From: a candidate division FCPU426 bacterium
Lineage (GTDB): Bacteria > Oederibacteriota > Muellerivitia > Muellerivitales > Muellerivitaceae
Length of the DNA: 64,000 nt
Direction: 5' to 3'
Assembly: GCA_963830915.1 (NCBI GenBank)
Contig: CAWHOE010000027.1
Location: 1 to 64,000, forward strand
Below are positions 56,853-64,000 of the stretch, in pieces. Made by a program: the position numbers and the translations under genes. The stretch's first letter is position 1; every line of letters begins with the position of its first letter. The notes beneath the pieces were generated by a model. That model searched no databases. It was not told the DNA's origin and saw only the letters and a list, made by a program, of their open reading frames with translations.

Positions 56853-57113
56853 GTTTTGATCAAGGTAGTTGAGGCACGACCAAGTGCATAAAGGTTGTTG
56901 TTAACCCGCCTCTGCACCAAAAGTCCAACTTACACCTGGATTCCTGACAGATCATTGCTTTGGGCACAAAACCGTCAACGCACAAATCTTGAAATATCAA
57001 AATGTTAGTTAATTGTTGGAATACATTCTCACGGGCCTCATCTCAACGCTCCAACGGATTAAAAATTATGGCTCCATCCATACGGCATTAAACAAACGGA
57101 GGCCGGAACAGAA

Positions 57114-57929
57114 GTGGCAGAAATGGCAAAAATAATAACACTTATGAAAATGGCACGAAAAGAGATCCTCCGTCGTCGTTCGCTTCCCTACATTGAAATG
57201 AATTTAACTGATCACTGTAATTTAAACTGCGAATGGTGCTCCCATTACAGCCCGATGGCACCTAAAAAGTTTGCTGATTTCGGCCAGTTCCAGAAGGACT
57301 TTACAAGGCTTTCTGAACTGTGCACATTTATTGGGGAGATTCGATTATTGGGCGGGGAACCATTATTAAACCCGGATATTAACAAGTTCCTGAAATTTGC
57401 ACGGGAATCTTTCCCCGATCCGATATATACCCGTATACGGGTCGTCACAAACGGGCTTCTTTTATCAAAAATGCCGCAATCGTTCTGGAACACTATGAAA
57501 TCCAGTGCCATTGCATTGGATGTAACCGTCTACCCGGGTATGCCATTTGAGATCCCTGATATCGAACGCCTTACTAGGTCACATGGCATCAAATCAAAGA
57601 TTTCCCAGACACACACATTTAATGAGATCCCTATCAAGGTTAGCAATAAAGATGAGAATTTCAAGATTTGCAGGGAGCATTTTTTTTGCCCGATCCTAAG
57701 GGAGGGTAGAATATACCTTTGTCCGCAGGCAGCGATATATCACCTTCGTTCAAAAGATTTGCAGGCGGAACAACTGGCATCATCCATTGATATTCATACG
57801 TCTACACACAGGGAAATCGTGGAATTTATGAATAAACCCGCTCCGTTCTGCTCCTATTGTAATTGGGAAAATTATCGCACGCACCCATGGAAAAGGACGC
57901 GAATGGCACCGATGCAGGAGAATGTTTGA
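57114..57929 (+). CDS. Radical SAM protein
   Basis: HCNLNCEWCSHYS, LGGEPLL, TNG, C-terminal Cys cluster. Confidence 0.9.
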   Translation: MAEMAKIITLMKMARKEILRRRSLPYIEMNLTDHCNLNCEWCSHYSPMAPKKFADFGQFQKDFTRLSELCTFIGEIRLLGGEPLLNPDINKFLKFARESFPDPIYTRIRVVTNGLLLSKMPQSFWNTMKSSAIALDVTVYPGMPFEIPDIERLTRSHGIKSKISQTHTFNEIPIKVSNKDENFKICREHFFCPILREGRIYLCPQAAIYHLRSKDLQAEQLASSIDIHTSTHREIVEFMNKPAPFCSYCNWENYRTHPWKRTRMAPMQENV

Positions 57930-58012
57930 TCGTGTACATAATGTCCGGTACCGACCCATAAGTCTGGTTTTATGGTTTAGATGCAAAGCCTTTCAACCGG
58001 ATGACCCCTCAG

Positions 58013-58852
58013 TTACAGCAATATTGCGGAGACCGTAAAGACCACAAGGGAGGCAAACATGCCCAGCTTAAGAAGAGTCGTTGCACCGGACGCCGTCAGG
58101 CTTTTCGGGTCGGTGCAGCGAAGGGCCTTTCCTGCTGCTGCAATAATGATGATATCAACAATCACGATACCAAAAAGATACCAGTTTCCCCACCACCAGT
58201 AAGGAAACAGACTTGCCACAATCGCCGCTACAGTACAGGCAAATGCGAGTATGGCGGTTTTTTGTACACCGATCCTGATGGGAAGGGTATCTGCTCCCCC
58301 TGCTTTGTCCCCTTCAATATCCTCGGCATCTTTTAAGAGTTCACGGGCAAGCATCGCAAGGAATGTTATAGCGGCAATAGGAAGCATAACAATGAGCCGT
58401 TCCCACCCGGCAAACGCCCCGCCAAAAAGAAAAATGCTTGCTGCAAGATAGGAGACCGCAACGTTCCCGAAGAAAGGTGTGCTTTTCAGCCGGTATGCGT
58501 ACGCGACAAGCAAAAGGGCATTGAAAAGGGCAATTCCAAAACAGAGTGGCGTTGTGAACCAGCTCACAAGCAGGCCAAGGAAAAAAAGGATCCCGGCATA
58601 TACCAGTGCTGGTTTTTTCCCGATCGCCCCTGACGGGATAGGACGTTTCGGGCGGTTAACAGCGTCGATCTCAGCATCAAAATAATCGTTGATGACATTT
58701 CCTGCGGCAGTAACAAGAATAACCACAGCCATAAGCAGGGTGACTCCATACACCAGGGTCCCGGTGGCAATAAGGTAGGCGACCGCCGCCGCAATCCCGG
58801 CAACAACCGCATTTGCCGGCCGGGTTATAGTAAAAAATCCTGCTATGCCCAT
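58013..58852 (-). CDS. Digeranylgeranylglyceryl phosphate synthase (UbiA family)
   Basis: TRPAN, NDYFDAEIDAVNRPKRPIPSG, ARELLKDAEDIEGD..TLP. Confidence 0.92.
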   Translation of the reverse strand: MGIAGFFTITRPANAVVAGIAAAVAYLIATGTLVYGVTLLMAVVILVTAAGNVINDYFDAEIDAVNRPKRPIPSGAIGKKPALVYAGILFFLGLLVSWFTTPLCFGIALFNALLLVAYAYRLKSTPFFGNVAVSYLAASIFLFGGAFAGWERLIVMLPIAAITFLAMLARELLKDAEDIEGDKAGGADTLPIRIGVQKTAILAFACTVAAIVASLFPYWWWGNWYLFGIVIVDIIIIAAAGKALRCTDPKSLTASGATTLLKLGMFASLVVFTVSAILL

Positions 58853-58951
58853 ATGCAGGATCCGGTATCGGGTTGTTCCGATATTAACCTGCGTGGCCTT
58901 GTTGTCGGGGAGTGATAAAAAAAGTTACGTAAATACTGATGGATCCAGGGT

Positions 58952-59455
58952 TCACGAGGTCTGGAAACTCATGGGGGTCTCATTTGCGAGAGGTTCGGTT
59001 ACAAAAGAGACGTTGAGCGTTGCTCCTTCTTTTGCCATTGCTGCATAGTCCGCATCTGAATCGATGATGACATAATCCCGGCCGGTTCCCTCGCTCCCCG
59101 GTCCAAGTATATCCGTTTCCTGGCCTGAACCTCCATGGGAGACACCGACACCACCATAAGAAACGCCGTTTGGACCGGTAATCCTGCTGAACCAATGTAG
59201 CTTGACCGTAGCGTTCCCGGTATTTAGCGTCGTGAGATAGATGTCAATTTGATGGTAGCCGGGTTGCGGGCGGCTTGCCGTGACCTGATAGATCGAGGCG
59301 TTAAAGGCATCGGTTCCGTTTACGAGCGTAGCGACCGTTTCCTGACCGGGCGCAGAGGGAGCGGCCGTAGTTCCGGAACTTGTGGTTGTACAGCCGGCGA
59401 CGAGGATCACACCTACACTAATTACTGCAAACAGACAAAGAATGTCCTTTCTCAA
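58952..59455 (-). CDS. Lipoprotein (C-terminus possibly frameshifted)
   Basis: Lipobox LVAGC, GAGGTGG RBS, Ig-like beta content. Confidence 0.7.
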   Translation of the reverse strand: MRKDILCLFAVISVGVILVAGCTTTSSGTTAAPSAPGQETVATLVNGTDAFNASIYQVTASRPQPGYHQIDIYLTTLNTGNATVKLHWFSRITGPNGVSYGGVGVSHGGSGQETDILGPGSEGTGRDYVIIDSDADYAAMAKEGATLNVSFVTEPLANETPMSFQTS

Positions 59456-59562
59456 TTGTCCACCTCTTGTTGTGTTACCGGATATTTTGTTTTTCCCTTA
59501 AAAAAATTCATGTTTCTAAACGAAAGCACGTGATTTTCCCAAAAAAAAGAAAAGATACCGTA

Positions 59563-59638
59563 CGGGCGAGGGGGGATTTGAACCCCCGACCATTAGCTTA
59601 GGAGGCTAACGCTCTATCCGGAACTAAGCCACTCGCCC
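59563..59638 (-). tRNA. tRNA-Arg(CCT)
   Basis: GGGCGAG/CTCGCCC acceptor, TTAGC-CT-CCT-AA-GCTAA, GGTTCAAATCC. Confidence 0.95.
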
Positions 59639-59701
59639 ACTGCTCATACCAATTGCAGGGGAATATGTATAAGTTTTGCGCGCTCCCACACTCTAGCCGC
59701 T

Positions 59702-60815
59702 ATGGATACTATCGAGGCAACTGAAGGAAAAACGACGTTTTTTGTCCCGGTCCAGGACTGTCGTGAACAGTTCCCTCCCGGTACCGCCCCGGTCTTTTTC
59801 AATCGCCGTATGGAACTGAACCGGGATGCCACCGTACTACTTCTGTCAGTACTCAGACCCTCTGATTATATCGATGCCATGGGAGCTACCGGGTCCGGGG
59901 ACTCCGGGTGGCAAACGAGGTCGGGATCCCGGTCACCATTAATGACCGGGACCCGGCAGCACTACCCCTGATCCAGGAGAACGTGGTCCGGTCCGGACTG
60001 CCGGTGACGGTCACCTGCCGGGACGCCTCTTCGCTGCTTTTTGACCAGTCCTTTGATGCAGTCGACATCGACCCGTTCGGGACACCGGCGCCATTTATCG
60101 ATGCCGGGATCCGGGGGTGCCGGCGATTTCTCCTGGTGACCGCAACCGACACAGCTCCTCTCTGCGGTGCACATTTCAAGGCAGGAGTCCGGCGCTATTT
60201 TGCCCGCCCGGCAAACACCGGGTACCACGCGGAAGTAGGACTCCGGATTCTGCTTGGGTTTGTTGTCAGGGAAACCGTAAAATACGACCGGGGTATCGAA
60301 CCGCTCTTCTGTTTTGCCCGGGAACATTTTGTGCGCCTGAACCTGAGGATAACCCGGGGTGCGAAACATGCGGACCAGACAATTGACCGGATCGGTTTTA
60401 TCCTGCAGTGCCCGTCCTGCGCATTCCGGAAAGAACAGGCCGGTTTGTTTCCGGATTCAGATACCTGCCCCTATTGCGGTAAACCTCTGCGACCCATAGG
60501 ACCAGGCTATACCTGGGAAAACTGTGTGACGATGAAATTATCGCACAGATGGAGAGACCAGCTTCCGGCCTGACACTTGGTTCATACAAAGATCTTTCAA
60601 AACTGCTGTGTGTCTGCCGTGAAGAGCTCCCCCTTTCCAGCCACTACGATTACCATAAGCTCGCCCGGTCGCTTGTGGTTTCCCCGCCACCTATCGACGC
60701 GGTTCTTTCACGACTGAAGGCCGCTGGTTACGCTGCAAGCCGGACCCACTTCTCCGGGACCGGCATAAAAACCGATGCTCCCCTGCCCGTGATTTTCGCT
60801 GCTATCGGGAACTGA
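59702..60815 (+). CDS. trm1: tRNA (guanine-26-N2)-dimethyltransferase (frameshifted)
   Basis: PVFFNRRMELNRD, DIDPFGTP, VTATD, RTHF..GIKTDAP. Confidence 0.93.
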
Positions 60816-60832
60816 TCGTTCCTGCCTGGGCA

Positions 60833-61945
60833 CTAGTGTTCGATGATAATGGTGAGGATGTCGCTATCGATGAGTTTGTGGGAAAGACCTACCCGCTGGC
60901 CGCCATGTTTTACCGATTTTCCCCAGACCCGGGCATACCGGAACCGGCGCACGAAGTCCCGGTGGAGCTTGGTGCAGACCGTCTCGACTGTACCTTCCGG
61001 TCCTGATGATCAGCGGTTCCTCAAGATCTGCATCACCACTCTGGGGCTTAAGATAGATACGCATGAACCCAAGACAATCGTAGATCGCGTCCTTGAGTTC
61101 TTCCATGTGGTACCCGACATGGGCTGAGATCATGATGGGCGCAGCGCCAAACCGGTCTTTGATATCGTGCTCGATCCGGAGATAGGTCTCTTTATCGATG
61201 AGGTCGACCTTGTTAACCGCGATAAACGCAGGAACGTAGACCCGGTTTCCCTGTACGGCATCGATAAGGTCTTCCTGCGTGGCATTACCCCGGATCAGGA
61301 TCTCTGCGTTCATCATCTTGCTTTCCGCAAGGATGGACCGAACTTCTTCGATATCGAGATCAAGTGTCCCGACCGCTGACAACCGGATACCCCCGACGGA
61401 TGACTTCTTGATAGTAATATCCGGTTTTGGGACGTTGATGCGGATGCCGGCGTCGTAGAGTTCTTTGAGCAGGACGTTGACATGTGCCTCGTTGAATACA
61501 TCTACAAGGATGATGATGATATCGGCACCGCGGACGACCCCGATAACTTCCTTGCCCCTTCCTTTACCCATGGCGGCGCCGGCGATAAGACCCGGGATAT
61601 CCAACAACTGGATCTTTGCACCTTTGTGTTCGAGTGCCCCGGGAACGACGGTAAGGGTCGTGAAAGCATACGCGGCAACGGCACTTGCAGTTCCGGTGAG
61701 CTTGTTGAGGAGTGTACTTTTACCGGTAGAAGGAAATCCCACGAGGACTGCGGTGGCATCTCCCGATTTCTTGACCGAGTAACCTTCACCGCCTCCGCCG
61801 GATTTCATCGCACGGTTGACAGCTTCGTCCCGGAGTTTGGCAATTTTAGCTTTAATCCGGCCGATGTGCTTCGAAGTAGCCTTGTTGTAGGGGGTTTTTG
61901 TCACTCCGCTTCCAGCTCGGCTATCTGTTCTTCCAGGCCACTCAT
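60833..61945 (-). CDS. DRG/OBG-family GTPase with TGS domain (frameshifted)
   Basis: [30 protein letters not shown]. Confidence 0.93.
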
Positions 61946-62120
61946 TTCCTATATCAATCGACGCAGGTTCGGGATATACTTGTTTATGGTTTGTCTGCAA
62001 ACTTCCGATTGATGCGGAGTTTCGGTGGTGGTTTTGCAAAAGATCTCTGTCTTTGTGTCCGGACAGGACAGGCGGCTGATAAACTTTAAGTAACTCCATC
62101 GCCCATGTTAGTGGGCAGTT

Positions 62121-62195
62121 GCTGCTATAGTGTAGACCGGCCAATCATGCGAGCCTCTCACGCTCGCGACAGGGGTTCGAATCCCCTTAGCAGCA
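62121..62195 (+). tRNA. tRNA-Glu(CTC)
   Basis: GCTGCTA/TAGCAGC acceptor, CGAGC-CT-CTC-AC-GCTCG, GGTTCGAATCC. Confidence 0.95.
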
Positions 62196-62312
62196 CTTTC
62201 TCGCCGATAATTCTGTTTTTTTTCACAAGGTACGTGTTCACTATCATCCCGTTGATTTTTGCCAGCGTTTCAATTTTCATTTGAGGATACATGACCCGGA
62301 AAAAAGCTGAAG

Positions 62313-62750
62313 ATGAAAAGAAAAAGAGAGGCAGGCCGACCCTCTATAATCCTGCATTTCACCCGAGCAAAAGCAGCCGAACTTGCGTTGATGGGATTGA
62401 CCGATGTGCAGATGGCACTGGTCTTTGACATAGATGAGAGAACCCTGAACCGCTGGAAAATCCGGTACCCCGATTTTTGTCTGTCCATAAAAAAGAGTAA
62501 AGATCTGGTGGATGAAAAGGTCAAAGAATTGCTCTTTATCCGTGCAACAGGGATGGAAATTAAGCACAAAAAGATCATCGAATATTCTGACGGAACGACG
62601 AGAAAGGAAATGGTCGTTAAACACGTACCTCCTAGTGTGCCTGCCATTATATTCTGGTTATCGACCCGGCGGCCTGAGGAATGGAAACGAGGTGGCAGGA
62701 ACAGTGAAGCACAGGGAGATGTGAAGATAGTCTTTGATAGACCGAGCTGA
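62313..62750 (+). CDS. Phage terminase small subunit-like HTH protein
   Basis: GRPS, LA..GLTD.QMA..F.I.ERTL.RW...P.F, L..RATG, KHVPP...AIIFWL..RRPEEW. Confidence 0.75.
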   Translation: MKRKREAGRPSIILHFTRAKAAELALMGLTDVQMALVFDIDERTLNRWKIRYPDFCLSIKKSKDLVDEKVKELLFIRATGMEIKHKKIIEYSDGTTRKEMVVKHVPPSVPAIIFWLSTRRPEEWKRGGRNSEAQGDVKIVFDRPS

Positions 62751-62921
62751 TCCCGGATCCGGATGCGTTCAGAAATTAGGTAGCGAGCTCGACCTGGCAG
62801 ATTGTGAGAAATTCATCAACGACATAAAAAGGGGAACCGACAGCGGATCTGTCAGGATAGTCACCCGGAGATACAACAGAATGACCTAATATTTATTTAT
62901 CATTTAATACTATAGAGAATA

Positions 62922-63485
62922 ATGAAAAAATCTGATATATTTTTCGTTTGCATCCTGTTGCTCCTTGCCGTCGTATTTGTTGCCGGGTGCACATCAACGA
63001 GCGCGGCTGCCCCCGTTATAACCACACCGGGATCAGCCGGGACTGCAATCCCGCAGACGGCATCTGCCACTTCCGCAGAAATAACACCTGTTCCGACAAC
63101 AGTCCAGACAGCACCGGCCACTCCTGTATCTGATGAGGGTATTGATGTCACCATAAACTCGGCAAAAACTGCAGGCACATGGGTAGGATACCTCCCACCG
63201 CAAGGCGATACCTGGCTTGTGCTGGATGTCACTTTGAAAAATAATGGTAATACGGATTTCGCATATGCCAAAGATTCGTTTTCCCTTGTACGATATGGCG
63301 GGGGTTCATGGCATTCGGCTTCGTATTTGTCAACGGAGTTTAATGATGTGAGTATCCCTGCAAACGCGGCCGTATCCGGTAAAATCGTCTTTATGGTTCT
63401 CCAGGGTGCAGATATGTTCAGGTTTACCGTGAAAGATTCTTCGGGGACAGTAATTTCTGAAACTGACAACATTCGCCCGACATAA
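62922..63485 (+). CDS. Lipoprotein with DUF4352-like domain
   Basis: FVAGC lipobox, T/A/P linker, WLVLDVTLKNNG..SGKIVFMV. Confidence 0.8.
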   Translation: MKKSDIFFVCILLLLAVVFVAGCTSTSAAAPVITTPGSAGTAIPQTASATSAEITPVPTTVQTAPATPVSDEGIDVTINSAKTAGTWVGYLPPQGDTWLVLDVTLKNNGNTDFAYAKDSFSLVRYGGGSWHSASYLSTEFNDVSIPANAAVSGKIVFMVLQGADMFRFTVKDSSGTVISETDNIRPT

Positions 63486-63891
63486 CCAGGAGGTTTCTTT
63501 TTTTTCTCCGGAAGCATTTCGGGCTCGGCGTCCAGGTGATATATTCTCTATCAGCAGTCAAAAACCGTTCAGAACCATGAAACAGAATTTACCTGAGAAA
63601 CCTCAATAATCGATTCAAAAAAGGAGGGGAAAATAGGATAAAATACCCATTGTTTCACTATTTACTACACTCCTTATATGATTGTATGTTGTTCTGGGAT
63701 GGACTTCCATTACCATATAATTAAAAAAAATCTATACTTTTCGTAATAAATATATATTATCTTATCCTCCTTAACAATGTAAAGGATAACATCTGTGGGG
63801 GATGCTAAACTTTACAAAATATTTATCAGAGAGATAAAATTGCAATAATTGCTTAAATCTCTTAATAAAACAGCAAATTCAGGAGAAACGC

Positions 63892-64000
63892 ATGGCTAAA
63901 ATAAGCAATGAATTAGCAGTCTCGCCGATTATTGCAACGCTCGTACTGATCGTCGTTGCAGTTATCGGTGCGGTCGCAGTCGGCACCATTATGGGTACCT
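63892..64000 (+). CDS. Archaeal type IV pilin-like protein (partial)
   Basis: MAKISNELA|VSPIIATLVLIVVAVIGAVAVG class III signal peptide; CAGGAG RBS. Confidence 0.85.
   Translation, partial: MAKISNELAVSPIIATLVLIVVAVIGAVAVGTIMGT

Noticed and set aside
63490..63890. AT-rich stretch as a possible origin or array
   Set aside because: No clear iterons or ORB-like repeats and no cdc6; best explained as the pilin promoter region

Overview
Archaeal chromosome segment from a methanogen, by gene content most like Methanomicrobiales/Methanoregula (inference). Many genes, including essential ones (psmA, rpl37ae, thermosome, pyrB, trm1), carry single indels, so most frameshifts are probably long-read consensus errors, not pseudogenes. 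About 1-30 kb is an accessory region ending at an intron-containing tRNA-Tyr. It holds two paralogous beta-helix/IPT surface proteins with a duplicated upstream element, HIT, hicBA, an ABC exporter, small membrane/lipoproteins, PPK2, a double rubredoxin, tandem genes with an unrecognised ~65-aa domain, an orphan pair of T4 gp19-like tail-tube genes, thermosome and a bacterial-type shikimate kinase. A ~100-bp hairpin-containing repeat recurs four times downstream of unrelated genes, with two decayed copies of the HIT 3' end nearby. About 30-62 kb is mostly core genes: leuA-like, the rpl15e-RNase P-proteasome-SBDS-rpl37ae-rpoP-pcc1-pfdB superoperon without exosome genes, moaC, nnr, RecJ-like, NAC, trmI, mntP, a sugar-nucleotide trio, pyrBI, coaD, short hdrA, mtnA, DGGGP synthase, tRNA-Arg, trm1 and a DRG GTPase. 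It is interrupted by a wHTH-TPR / roadblock / tandem-V4R cluster with a candidate sRNA. After tRNA-Glu come a terminase-small-subunit-like relic, a lipoprotein and the start of a type IV pilin. Best leads: the repeat/HIT-relic system, the roadblock-V4R module with its candidate sRNA, and the orphan tail tubes.
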